A stretch of DNA of 49,487 nucleotides, the filler included, from Sphacelaria rigidula (taxonomy: Eukaryota): NCBI GenBank assembly GCA_964200075.2. It is 2 parts of 2 records of this genome, joined end to end, with 100 filler letters (N's around TTAATTAATTAA, not from the genome) between each part and the next. Parts side by side here need not be neighbours in the genome. Positions count along the whole stretch, not along the records: positions 1 to 24,697 come from CAXNAA020000193.1; 1 more part is not named here. One strand, 5' to 3'. This document shows positions 10,473 to 23,410 of the stretch, piece by piece; the stretch's first letter is position 1, and the number at the start of each line of letters is the position of its first letter. Made by a program: the position numbers and the translations under genes. The notes under the pieces were generated by a model. That model did no database searches. It saw nothing but the letters and a program-made list of their open reading frames with translations, and had not been told where the DNA came from.

Positions 10473-13400
10473 ATGAAGAATGCGGTCCGGGGAAACGGGC
10501 TAGGGCCAAGTGAATCTTCGACGGCCATCGTCGGCACCAATAGATTTCCCCACCGTGCGCTTACGGTTACATCGGACAATGCAATGGTTGACAACGGAGT
10601 CGTACCAGCACCGGGCAGGGTACGATTTGGCGCCTCTACTGTCAGCATTCGGCATAACGACGACCACCACCCCGTGGCACCCGTGGCCAAAAATTACATC
10701 CACCTCGTCAAGTCATCGCCGGAACAACCGTCTGCTGGACAAGCAGTGATGGCCAAGAGGGACTGGGAACAGAGTGGAGATTTGAACCCCTCCTCACCTA
10801 GCAGGGTAGCCTTGACCACAGCTGCTCATATGGCTACCGCCCCAGCTGCGCTCGCGCTTTGTCCCCTCTCCCCCGCGCTCGCCTCAACTGCAATGGGAAC
10901 CGCTGGTAGATCCAGTGCTGCGGGACCGAAGATAATGAAGAGCCTCTCGATTGGCACATGTAGTACACTTGGGGTCAAATATATTTCGAAGTCGTCGCTG
11001 GAGGTAGATGTAGATATGGCTGGCGATACCCCAAACCAGCATCATCATATGAAACCAACCTGGACACCGGGAGAAGTTCGGCGATCCTCGTCATCCGGGA
11101 ACAAACGGTCGATGGAAAGCGCAGACAGCCCTACCGGCATGATCCGTGCGGCTCCATTGGAGGAAAGTCAGGATGCAGTGTCAGATGACCCTTTGGATGC
11201 AAGACTGGTGTACGCTAGGGATCCGGATGGCTCTAAAGACACAACATCGGATCACAGAAGGCGAGTACGTGGGTGCAAGCAATCATCAGCAACACTCGTA
11301 GGTGAGCCATAAACCCTGCAGTACCACAGGGACAGCATCGTTAACAAAACGTGGAGCGTTTGTTATGATTCTATCAGGCATCACCTGAACAATGCCAGGG
11401 CTTCACTTTGCGTTCCACAGATACTCTGTCAAGTGGAACCCGTGAGGTATCATCGTTTGATCCTCTGGACATAATACTGGATGAGAGCCGGGATATAGTA
11501 GCGGCCAACAATTCTTCTGTGAACGGTAGCAACGGGAGCAGAGGGCTTGCTGGGAGCGTCGTGGCAACAAAGGTGGTTTACATCGTGCCCGAATTAACTC
11601 CTCCAGCGGTCCGTCTTGTGTTGAGTCAGCGACCGATGTGGAAGGAGTGGAATGCAGAGGAACATGGACCCGATGAGGTATTTAGTGGTGGCAAGGTGAA
11701 CCAAATATGGATTGGCATCAACCACTTGACGTCTGGAAAACAACAGGATTTTCAGTTTATCTGCAAGCCTTGTCTATCCGATCTTTTTCAGGGTGTGTAT
11801 AGCTCGCCTGCGGTGCTGAGGGCTTCGCACGTCCAAGAGTTCTGCGAGTGCTTTTCGAACCCACGTTTTCCCTCCGACCTAATGGTGTCAGTTGTACCAA
11901 GAGACCATGTGAGCGCGGCGGCACTGAATATTGTAATTCTTGACGTCTGTTACTGGACAGCCACCCCCCCTTTTTCCGGTTAATGATTGCGCTCTCTTGC
12001 TCTGTATGTACTTGACGCACGCCTTCAGTGGCAATTTCAGTGGAGATCGGGACGATTCAAGCCCTCGGAGTATCGAGACGTGCAAGACCACCAGCGGCTG
12101 AATCACTTTCCTCGCTCGGCGCTCATAACCAGGTTTGTTCGAAACCAAGCTAACGAAAGCGAGAATTTTCAACCACCTCGTGCAGGAATTTTGGCTCATT
12201 AAATGATTTGCAACGCACCGAGCATCGCCACAATGGAGAGATTTCGGACAAGCATATGAGAGTAGCGTGCATTCAAGGCACACACCCGAGGTTTGTCAGG
12301 TATATTCCGGCACGCTGTGGGTAGCTTACTGCGTCGATTGAGACTCTCAGAAGCCATTGACTCTATTGCTCCTTTGATAGATTTATCCGACGTCAAGTGA
12401 CCCTAATGCATTGCGTGGTTGTTTTCGTTATTACCGTTGTTAGGATGATTGTATCGTGCATTTTGACCCTGCTTTCTGCTCAAATACTGAGTTTGGACGG
12501 ATTTCGTAGATTCGAATCCCTGAAACAAAACGGAACCTCGGGGGTTTCCGCCGTCCGAAAGCGTGTGGCCGTGAGTAAGCAGACCGATTTCGACCATAGT
12601 CAACGGCTTCACGAGTACTGATCCAGTTCTCGACAGCGACTTGCGAGAAATGGACTAGGAGAGCGATGGATTGGGCTCTCGAGCCGTCGGGGTCAACGCG
12701 CGGAAGGTCGGCGGTAGAAAGTACGATGGAAATCATACGCTTGGAGACTAAGGTGGCGTTTTGTTATGCATACTGTCCGTTGTTCTCGCAGGAAGGATCT
12801 CCTTCTTCGCGTCCTCCGCAAGATGAAGGCCGTTCACGGTAGCGCTTACCACTTTCACCCGGACAGTTACATGCTCCCTACCGAGTATACGAAGTTCATC
12901 CGCGAATTCACGCGTCTACAGCAACAGCAACAGCAGCAACGACAGAAACAGATACAACAGCATCACCAGCAGCGACACCAACAGCAGCGACACCAGCAGC
13001 AGCATCAACAACAAGCGAACCAAGAGCCTACATGCATAACTGCCTGCAGAGTTGAAGGTAATGCGAGGGGAGGAAAGCAAGGCGGAAATGGCGGCGGTGA
13101 CGGCGGCGATGAAACCGGCGCGCTGTGGATACTGAAGCCGAGCGACTCTTCGAGGTATGCATTTCACCTTCCTCTTTTCTCGGCTTTTGTTATCTTTTTC
13201 GTCATACTTTCATGCCTCAATCCTTCCTTGGGATAAATTCTTACGGAATAGTCTCGGGAAAACAACCAATTTCTTCCCCGGTACAGGTTGGCGGTGCATT
13301 ATCGAGCACCGGATCAACGTTCTCGCAGTCACTAAACATTAATCGGATTTGCACTTGCTACTCCAGTCCTCACGCTTTTGATGATGACATTAAGATGCTG

Positions 13401-16400
13401 TACAGTGTGAGTATATCTGCAGAGATTCGAACCTCCGGCATCCGCAATCTGTCGTTGGTGTGCCAGTCTAATCATCGAGGCGCAGCGGCAAAAATTGGTA
13501 ACTAGAAGCTCGGCGGGCGTGTACAGAGTAGTCGGAGATAAACTGTGAATTACAAGAAGAAACATGTCAAGAATAAATCATGAAGGGCAGATAGTAACCT
13601 ACTGACCACCATGCTCAAGTTCACGCTAGATGAAAACACCGCGGGAGTGTGGGCGAGAAACCATCTCGGCCCGAACATGAGTACGGTACCTTAGGTCAAA
13701 ACGTCGGTCTATAATGTGAATATCACCTGCTGCCACCCTGAAATGAAATCGATCATCGTTTCTTTAGACTGTTTGGTTTGATGCTCCAGTTCAGTGCACC
13801 TCTTTGGGAACAAACGACCTTGGAGTCGTGCGTAAAGTCAGATTACGCAGTGGCATCTGCAAAAGCAAAACAAGTACGTCCATACCCTGGACAACAGCCA
13901 TCAATATTTGCAATAGAAAAGTTGTGCTGCAAGCATAGCCTGTTTCGGCTATTGACAGTAGGCGCAATAGGTCATACTTACACTTTCCTATTGCCTCTAC
14001 GGACCGCCCGTTGTCTACGGTGTGGGTCTGTTACCCAAGATATGATATCGATCAAGATAACGGAGTCGTCGTAAACCCATCTCTCAATACATATGCTTCA
14101 GGGGATGAGTATTAGCAGAATCCTCGCGGCGTACGCAGTGTTTGCGATTTGTGTCTTCTTCTTGTCATACCTTTCTTCATATTGGTCTTACTCCACCAAC
14201 GACCGACTTCCCGAAAAGCTCGAGATATTAAAAAATATGTTTGGAAGCCTGACAAGCCTAATGACGTGTGGAGATTGCATCTTTTCCCCGCAAGTTGAAA
14301 CTCACTCATCGGCATTTTTCAATATGGTGACTCCACCTCATGCAGGGGTCGGGGAATATACCTGCTGAGAGAGCTGGAAGAATTGGCCTACGATCAACCG
14401 TCTATCGTGCAACGGTACATTTCGGACCCGTTGGTAGTCGGGGGTTACAAGGCGGACCTGAGGCTGTGAGTTTGCAAGACGCGACCTATTAACTCATGAA
14501 TATCTGTAGCTTTCCCAGGGAAATGAGGCGTATTCGATGGCTGGCCGTTAGTGTCTTGAGACCATCATCATGAACCATGTGTAAATATATGTGATTACAT
14601 ACATATATGTGTATTGTATGATCGTTCGAGTAAGTACGTTTCTGGACAAAAAATACATTCAACCGAAGATTGAACTCGAGGGCGTCCATTGCGCGCTGTG
14701 ATTGGCTCGCTGCCCGGAACCACAACCCCCAGGTTTCAACTTCCCAAGCCTATCGTAGAGAGTATCTGTCTCTTATTTGAAATCGAAAAATTGGACGCTT
14801 TAATCGAAAACGCGGCCTCAAAGGCTTCAGTGATTGTCAGTGAGCTGCGAAACGCTTGAATATTCAAACGCGTACCTGATATTTGAGGTACACGCAGCAT
14901 CTCGTACAGGCACCCGCAATCGCACACTGCCTCATCCACGGGTAGTCCCAGCCCCGTTGAATATGCGTTGTTTCGATCGCGTACGCGGGGTTCCTTACGG
15001 GGTAAGCATCTACTATGTGTGAAAACGATGGAGTAGTCCTTCGACCCCCAGGGGTGCGTGATTGGTACCATTTTCGCTGAGCAGTCCTACAAAAACGATC
15101 ATTATAGCTCCATTGCTTGATCCAAGAAGAAACAAGAGCATCAGATGTGGTTAGTTGCTTGTAAGCCGCCTTGAGCAATATTTGAGGGGGGCTGCACCTG
15201 TTTTGGTCAGTGCTCGAATCACGTGAATCAGACGTGATGTTTTAGCAATTGGTCGTCAGGAGCCAAAGTCTTGTAAATCTCGGGAGAATATTCGTTGCTG
15301 ATTTCGGATCCACGTTTCAGATGGAAATCGATTTCCGGTTTCCGATTTCGGCTTCGATTTCAATCTTGAGTTTGGTCCAGACCCGCCCTTAAAGGGCTCT
15401 GGCTACACTAGGTGGGGGGAAGTGCGTGTATATAGATGACAGCTGTCAATAACCAAGTGTTCTGGTCGCTTCAGCCTCATGGGAAAAACAGGTTTTCTAT
15501 TATGCCGGCGTCTCTCTTCTGCCCGTGGTGCACACAACGTTCGAGGCACGATATTCGTTGAAACGTTTCGAGATATCTCTAGAAGCGATGGGCCGCGAAG
15601 TTCTGTGGGTTCCCCAAGTTCCGTTGGAGGGGGCGAGGGGAGGAGAGCTATCACAGTGGGCTTGAAATTGATTAGCTCTACCATGGGGGCGGGCTTGAGG
15701 CGCAGAAGCGTCAACATGTCCATGGATCACGTCCCCGAGAATGATGGTCTACTGTCCGCGATGAAGCCTGAAAAGTCGGGGCCTTCTGAGAACTGAAACG
15801 CTATGAAATGGCACAGCAGATGTAGGGTGCAAGTTAGAGCGGACGTTCGTCCACGGGTGATCGTGTCAGGCAGGAATGTTTTTTTCAACAGTAAATAGAG
15901 CTAGGGATTGAACGAACGGCTGAGGGGGAAAAGACTTATGGGGCTGCCAGTCATGTTTTGGTTATGTCGCATATTTCATTCTCGTTATGTCCCGAACCCC
16001 GTCAGGTATGCGGCGGTGACGTCACTTCATCCGATGACGGTTTATCTCTACACCGACGGCGTAGTACGCTTCGCCACTGCCAAGTGAGATGTGGAGAGTA
16101 CAGCCCGCGGTCCGTGCACTCAAGACTTCGAACATGATGAACCTCGCAATGCCTCTTGTCGCGAGCACACGTCTATAAAGACACAGATTGGATACTGGAA
16201 CATGGTAGTAGAATAGGAATAGGCTCAAATCAAACGACACACAGAGGAGTACATATTGTCACGCTGATATCGCAACAGACGTACGTACCGATCTCCCTAT
16301 GCCCGCAGCCCCTTTCCCCTTCCGGCTTACAGAGGAGCCACACATCATAGTGTAACTTCCATCTGGAGTATTGTATCCATCTGGGACATCCATCTGAAAA

Positions 16401-19400
16401 CTCATGCCCATCTGGGATGCCCATCTGAGATATCAGTTTCATATGGGACATGCATGTTGTGGGATTTGGACATCCATGTGGGATTTCCATCTGAGATATG
16501 AATATGCATCTGAGACATGGACATCCATCTTGGATATCCATTAGAGATGCCCCATATCGCAGAAGGATGTACATATCGCAAATGGATTTACATCACGCAG
16601 ATGGATATCCAAAAGGGATGCTCACATCCCAGGTGGATATCCCAGGTGGATCTGATATCCCAAATAGATGTCCCAGATTGATGTCCGTTTACGATACTCA
16701 GATCCCAGATGGAGATTACACGATCGCGCAGGATCGTGATGTTACAAGGAGTCTTCGCCGCGAAAGAATGGTGGTCAGGGTTTCAGGCTCGAGTGTCTCG
16801 ACGACGGCGGGACTATTGTTGCAACCCCGACAGCCTTGCCATGATTGCTGTCTCGTCGAGATGTTTCAATGCAGCAGATATTTCAATAGTAACAGGTCCG
16901 TTTTCGGTCAAGAACCAAGAGGTCGAGGCAAGTAAAGCTCTGTCGTCACCGGGGGCTTGGATCACCTATCGGTAACCATACCAGGAGATGTTGGCCCCAC
17001 GAAGAATACGACGTACAGCCGAGTTTTTTTCGTCAGATATTCATTGAGTTTGTGCGTGATCGCCGACAGCATCGCTACTTGGGACTAAAATGGTGTCGAT
17101 AACGCACGTGATAATAGACTGTGGTGAGCTCTTTTGTGCTCAGTGCTGCACTGTTGGAGTTCCTGGTGATTTCGTGTGTTCACGTGTAAAGCGTGGGCGG
17201 GCCGTCAGGCAGGTATTTCGCAGGTGATGCTCATTTTTGCTCTAGGTACGTATATGCGGACGATGATGTCACCATATGTGCGGTGGTGTTTCGCGTTTTT
17301 CGTTCGCTGCAGATACCCGCTCTTCCATGCGCTATCGTCCGCGTGCTGGCAGCTTGACAGACGTACAGGACAGATTGTGATACTTTGAGTTCACCGTTTG
17401 CATGTATGGTATTCCTCGTGTTTTCGGACGCGCTGGCGTATGGTGAGGCGAGAAAATACACTTCATAACCGTGCCCTGGGTGCCGTATGGCCTCATCTTG
17501 TTAGTGTTATGCATTTTGGGTTTTGTTTCTGACGGTGATTGTGATGACCGCATAAGGTACGAGGGGAGTGCCCACCACGACGTATTCGGACACCTGACCA
17601 ACACCTCCATCAACAAGAGGTCGCCTTTCGTGTTAGACAAGAAGGACGTCATCGGAGGCGGTTGCAAATGGCCCCTCAGAAAGCTGCAAAGGTGGTGAGT
17701 CGGGGAGCTTGGTTTCCCATATGTTCCGTTATACTGCAAGGCTTGAAGCGCAGTGCTAATGAAGACACATGAATATCTGGTGATGAAGTGAAGCAGTGCG
17801 GAGCGCTTTCAGGTTTGAAGCATGCTGTACAGCGGCATCCCGAACGTAGGACCTACACACAAAGCCTTCCTTGGCCAGATTGACACCATTTTGTCGTGCA
17901 CAGACACACCTGCCGCCGCCCGCCCACCCACAGGACCATAGCCAACAGTACGCAAATCACCACCACTATCACCATTACGGTTGCCATCAAAGCCATGGTA
18001 CGCTTACTGACGGTGCATCTCCAATTTTTTATTTCTACGTACCAGGGTTGAGGGGAGAAGCTCTGACGGCTATACCCGATGGGCCAAACTGTGGACCAAA
18101 ATTCGATCCCTGGTGTGTCTCTCGGTACTCCCATTGGCTGACGTTGTTCCCGGTGGCGCCGGCCACGGGAGCTGTTTCGAACTTTTCGGCTTTGATGTTC
18201 TGGTGGACTCCAAACTTAGCAGGTGGCGTTTCTCAGGATCTGGTAAACCGATGACCTTCTTGAAGAAGAGCGTGGGGTGGGGTGTACGGCACACGATGGA
18301 TAATAGCACAACTACAACGTACTGCTGAGGCTTGTGCGATTAACAGGAACCACTTGAATGTTGGTGTGTACCACGAGATATTGAGGCTTGCAGCTGCTGC
18401 AAAATCAGCAGAGTTGCCTGGGCACATTTGCGGAACCCGTCGTGTATGGAAAAGAAAGGGGAGCAGTGGTACTAATTCAACCGCGTAACGTGGCCTCTCT
18501 ATCGTTGATCTCACGTTCCAACGTCGCCAGGACGGGGCGATGATCTGGATGTTCATCCACCTAACAAGTGTTCCATTCCACAACGATGATATACAACCAT
18601 TGCCCGTAACTGTGTTTAGCCCAAGCCGAGGTTTTCACTTGACCAGATGTTGAATTTTGTGGCAGGCGTGGTTATACCCGAGGAAGGGGGGCGGGGGATA
18701 AGGAAACCCAAGACTCCAAGTCGAAAATTGCACAGTCGAGCCTGTCGAACTCGCCTCAAGATGCGCACGGAGAACGCTGAAACAATAGTGGGCATCCTCG
18801 TCCAGTGCCATTCTGAAACAATCATGAGGAGCTACTAACTAGAATATGATCTGAAAATCTAGGAAATAGGGTATCAACTTAGTGTAAAATATGTAGGAGG
18901 GCATCAACGAAGTTTGCTAGCCTCTAACCCGCAGTGGTGTCAATCGGTAAAGTGTGCAGGTAAAATAGTTTACCCATTTGCAAGATGTAGTCGTTTATCA
19001 CCTATCTGCAAGCAGCCATCGTTTTTAGAGGCACCCGTGGCCTGGTTTCCACTTTTTCTTAGCTTTCAATTCGAGCAGAGTTTTCAAGATTAAGAGCGCC
19101 TCGAAAATTCGCGAGTACCATACCACTCCCTTCTCCTGATTGATGTACTATCCCAGGCCCATATTGCTGGAGGTGAACTGCTCCCCGGCCTTGGGACTAG
19201 AAGAGGCAACGGACAAGGAAGTGAAGCTCCCACTGATATCGGACCTCCTAGATCTCTCAGGTGTAGAACGCGCCACCCGCGAGGTGAAGGCCTTACGAGA
19301 CCAAGAACGTTCCCGGAAAAGCTCTGTGCCTAGGTACAGTCGACCTCTGTCGACAGCCGCCGCAGCAACACAACACGCGCGAGACAAGGATCGTTCCCGA

Positions 19401-21526
19401 GAACGGAGCGGCTGGGAGGGCGGCGGGACTAAGACTCGCGGTGGCACTGGTAAAACGAACGGTTTCGAGCTAATATACCCGTTTGACACCGAGAGCGAAA
19501 ATCTCGCGAGAGACCTCAGCCAACACGCGAGGGCCCATGGGGGTCGGAAAGACATGGTGCGGTTGTGACATTGCATGTGTGACAACACCACGAGATTTTG
19601 AATGTTTGTTCTAGCCTTGCTCTTTTCGGAAAAGGTTTCATAATGTCGTGTTTCGTACTCTTGTTTTTGCTGCTCAACAGAGTATCTCAATCCCGTCGTT
19701 ATCATTGCGAAAGTGTAACTTTCCATGTATTTTCATCTGAAACGGTGGCACCGAAACAACGGGCAAGCTGTATGTATAGGGCCCATTTATTAGAGTGACC
19801 TAATCCATCTGAAGGAAAAGGTATACCAATTTCGAGCACTTGGGTGTTTAGCGTCCAGCTGGAGTGACGCTCAAGGCTCAGAAACTTCCCGAAAAAAAAC
19901 AAATGAAGCATTTCGGACGGCGAGTAAGTCCGGAAGAGAAAAGATGAAGCGTTGAGGACTGAGCTCCTATCCGGTACTTGGTGCTGGATTCTACAGTCAA
20001 GGGATAACATTAGTCCCGTTGCTCAGGGTTTGAACGACAACATGTGGTTCAACTACTTGTTTTTCTCCGAATTGGGCGCCAAGTCCTGACACATAAAACA
20101 CAACATCAGCTCCCAGTCCTGAGAGCGAAGTGTAAATCGGCTGAACGACCGCCAAGGTTTTGACACATATGATATTGTATCAACTACAGCGCGTCCCCGT
20201 CTCGATTGAATCGGCTCAAGAGTACTTTTTCGCTTATTCCTACAAAACCTTACGTCGGAGCTTCCACTGTACATAATGGCATGGTAGATCGTGATTACAA
20301 GGTGCGGTTCTTAAACATTGCTCTAGGCAACGAGCTTTAACGTGAAGCGGCACGTTTCGTATTGTTCAATAACACAAAGGCGCATACCCGTATGCTGGAG
20401 GAATGAAGACAAATTATCACAAGCAAACGCTTCCGGTCCGCCTGCACCTCTTTCGCTCCACATTGATTCCCTGACAACCATTCACCATGTTCATGCGAGC
20501 GTTCCACAGATGCAACGGTGCGTTCGAAGCATCGTCGCGGAGATAAAGGCATACGAGAAGCGACGCGTTCTGCAAATAGTAACCCCCGGGCCCATATCCA
20601 GCGTCAGCCATAAAACGGATCATTATGGTGACACGGGCCTGCCTGACCGCAGCGGTACAACGGTTGGCCGTTGTGATGGTCAGAGCAAAAAAGAAGTGAT
20701 GATCTCGGACGACACTTGTCAAGCTTATCCTTTTGAGTCAATCGCTGTTGGCACGGGCGGCGGAAGAAACCAACAGCCACAGGAAAACAAAGTGTTTGGC
20801 TTTGAAGGCAAACACGACGTTGTTGACAACGCAAAGAACGGCGCAACAGCCGTAGCTCAGGAGAGAAACATTCGAGACAGAAAGAGCAGAGCCAGTGCAA
20901 CGGACCTGCAGCTATCGAGAGTACCTTGTGAGGAGAAGCCACTTCTAAGCTCTGAACTTGTGCAAGAACGACAGGCATGTAGCGATAACTCCGCAAAAGG
21001 CAATGGGCGGCTGATGGGAGAGGAACCTAGGCCACAGCGTAGATGTGAAACGCGAGTCGATGCATTCAACAAAGAGACCTCGAGGGACACCATTCAGCGT
21101 CCAGAATCAACAATGTGGAGCAGCAAACTGCGGGATACTGACCATCAAACGCAGCCGATAGCGAGAAAAATATCCATGCGGGGAATTAGCCAGTGCCAGA
21201 AATCGTCTTCACGAACACATGTCGCATCTGCAAGCAGTTGTTGTCAGGATTACTCCCCACCAGTAGGCTCCAGTGCCAACGTTCCCGTGGTGGAGTCGAA
21301 AGATCAGGGCGGCCATATATCTCTGGGGAGTGACAACGACATGGAGTCATCGCGAAGCGTAAATCAGTGTTGTGGACGACACACGAAAAAGACAATCGAC
21401 GGAGAAGATGTGCGGCATTTGCTGGAGAAAAAGGCAAATGCTGTCTTGGCCGTAGGGAGTGGGTTCTCGGCGGCAAGGTGTGAGTGTGAGTCTCGGGTTA
21501 CTACAGGTAGCGTAGTATACGGCTGA
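10473..21526 (+). CDS. TTLL2: Tubulin-tyrosine ligase-like protein (tubulin polyglutamylase family), TTLL2-like; 10 exons, ~1160 aa from ATG 10473 (true start uncertain, see findings)
   Basis: Hand-spliced exons, all GT-AG and phase-consistent: 10473-11301, 11421-11677, 12029-12132, 12792-13154, 14346-14465, 16006-16083, 17557-17694, 18046-18222, 19157-19556, 20510-21526 (3483 nt, divisible by 3). TTL-domain motifs in order: WQFQWRSGRFKPSEY, QRLNHFP..LITRKD, WILKPSDSSRGRGI, VQRYISDPL..GYKADLRLY, VRFATAKY, HLTNTSINK, DVIGGGCKW, CFELFGFDVLVD, PILLEVNCSPAL. The ...VIGxGCKW and WRSxxF segments resemble TTLL2 as I recall it; the subfamily call needs a phylogeny. Confidence 0.9.
16355..16712. repeat. 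Degenerate ~14-bp minisatellite arranged as two inverted blocks, within a TTLL intron
   Basis: Left block is CCATCTGGGA(T/C)AT(C/G)-like (16355-16560); right block is its reverse complement GATATCCCAGATGG-like (16570-16712). Confidence 0.7.
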
Positions 21527-22991
21527 GCACAAGTGGTCTCTTCCTCGCCAAAACAGCATCCCGGGGTTGATGTTGGTGCTCTGTTTTCCACTTTGCCAAC
21601 CACCTTCCATTGAGAGTCTCATCCCTCATGAAGTGCTCACAATCGGGAAAAATAGCTTGCAGGCAACGATTGCTCTAAGATAACGGTCGCAATGATTGAG
21701 AGAACACGACCAGAACTGACGGACCCCGGGCCATGGGATATGGGCTTCTAGACTCTGGCGCTTAGATGGTTCTCGGTGTATTGTCAGTGCTTTGGCGGAT
21801 GTCGCATTGATAAAGGTGCAGTTGCGGATGGTTTACCGCAAGTGCTGATGAGAATAACAAGATAAGTCATGCGCTCGAACCAAGGTTGGATAGCATTCAG
21901 GATGCGCTGTCTGATTGACGCTGCCCACGGTTGTGACGCCAACATTAGCCCCCATACAGAGTGATGCTGCGATACGGGGGGTGGGTCTTTAATTCCACGA
22001 AAAGGGAGGGCTCACAGGTGTGTCACACGACCTAAATGCTCGCGGTGCGTGTGTATTTGGGTGACAATGGTGCCAAGTGGTATGAAGAAGTGTGTATTTT
22101 TGGTAACAAGCGCGTTCGAACAAACGTCACTACTTTCGACGACAATTTGACATGGAATTTCGCGGAAGAAAATCCCCAAATCCTCCCCCCTTTCTCCCCC
22201 TAACGTAATATCATTCTACGCTGTAAAGGTGTCATTGTTTTACTTTGCACTCGCCTTTTACACCCCTGTACTGGTGAGTCATTCGAGTTTCATGTTCACG
22301 CTTGACTTCTACTTCACCGTAGTTTGATGTACAGCACTCGCCGTCCTGGGCGGAAAGGAAAACGGACGTGTTGTGGCAGGCATGTGTGTGGGTATTTTTG
22401 GATGCATTTTGAGTTTGCATCGCTGTGACTTGCTAGACCTCTACACGTTGTATTTGCTGTGCCTCCCCTATGATTTTGTCGGTTACGAAACATCTTGGTG
22501 TTGGTGCGGCGGGTACTGGCTGCGACCATTGGTCAATATGATACCGCAGTTCTTCATGTGGCGACAACGATACTGCTTGAAGGAGTACAGAACATACGCA
22601 CTAGTTGTCACTGTGGGTGCAGAAGATGGACATAGGTTCCGGAGATGTTCCCGTGGTTGACGAACTCCCTCCCGTCCCCTCCTTGGGGCATCCGAGGGAG
22701 ACAACTGCAAGATTTTTGTGTGTGGCTTCGTGAAATTTGCGTAAGTTGGGCTTAGGGAACCTTCATTTCACAGGCGAGTCCTCGAACAATAGGCTGCCCT
22801 CATGACAGAGGCTAATCTCTTTTCTGCTGTAGATTTTATCTTGTCAATCCTTGATCTCCTTTTGCCATCGACTTTTCAACACGTGAGTAGTGGTTCAATA
22901 TTGGTGTCGGGGTGGATCCCGAGCTTCTCACGAACGAAGGCAACAGGAGCAGGCCAAGATTCGAAAACTGGCTTCTAATATCTGTAGACAC

Positions 22992-23076
22992 TGCAATGCG
23001 TGAGAGGATCGCGTGCTTAGAGGACCGCATCGGAATTCGCGCATCCCCATGGTTAGGGTTAGGGTTAGGGTTAGGG
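22992..23076. mobile_element. Truncated, opposite-orientation end of the same MITE family with (TTAGGG)4
   Basis: TGCAATGCGTGAGAGGATCGCGTGCTTAGAGGACCGCATCGGAATT...CATGG followed by four perfect TTAGGG; this is the reverse complement of the right end of the other copies. Confidence 0.8.
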
Positions 23077-23092
23077 TATCGTGGGTCCTTAG

Positions 23093-23308
23093 TGTAATGC
23101 GTGAGAGGACCGCGTGCTTAGAGGACCGCACCGTAGTTCAAACCACCTCAGGATCGACGTTTTTCAAACCAATCCGGCCAGTCCCTGCAGGTACTACGCC
23201 CCTGACCATAACCCCGACACTAACCTTAACCTCAACCCTAACCCTAACCATTGGGATATTTAAATTCCGATGCGGTCCTCTAAGCACGCGGTCCTCTCAC
23301 ACATTACA
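23093..23308. mobile_element. Second, full-length copy of the TGT...ACA telomere-repeat MITE (37-bp TIRs)
   Basis: TIRs match with one mismatch; flanks CTTAG (23088-23092) and CTTTG (23309-23313) form a 4/5 TSD; internal ACACTAACCTTAACCTCAACCCTAACCCTAACC. Confidence 0.85.
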
Positions 23309-23410
23309 CTTTGCACGCCCTAGACAGTTTGGCATTCTTCGGCTGATTCGGGGGTATGATGACGATACGTGTACCGCTTCTCCGTCGCTAGGGGCAGATG
23401 CCAATATTAA

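Noticed and set aside
23053..23076. (TTAGGG)4 as a real telomere or chromosome fusion scar
   Set aside because: Short and embedded in a MITE end; the opposing CCCTAA tract belongs to the adjacent inverted copy.
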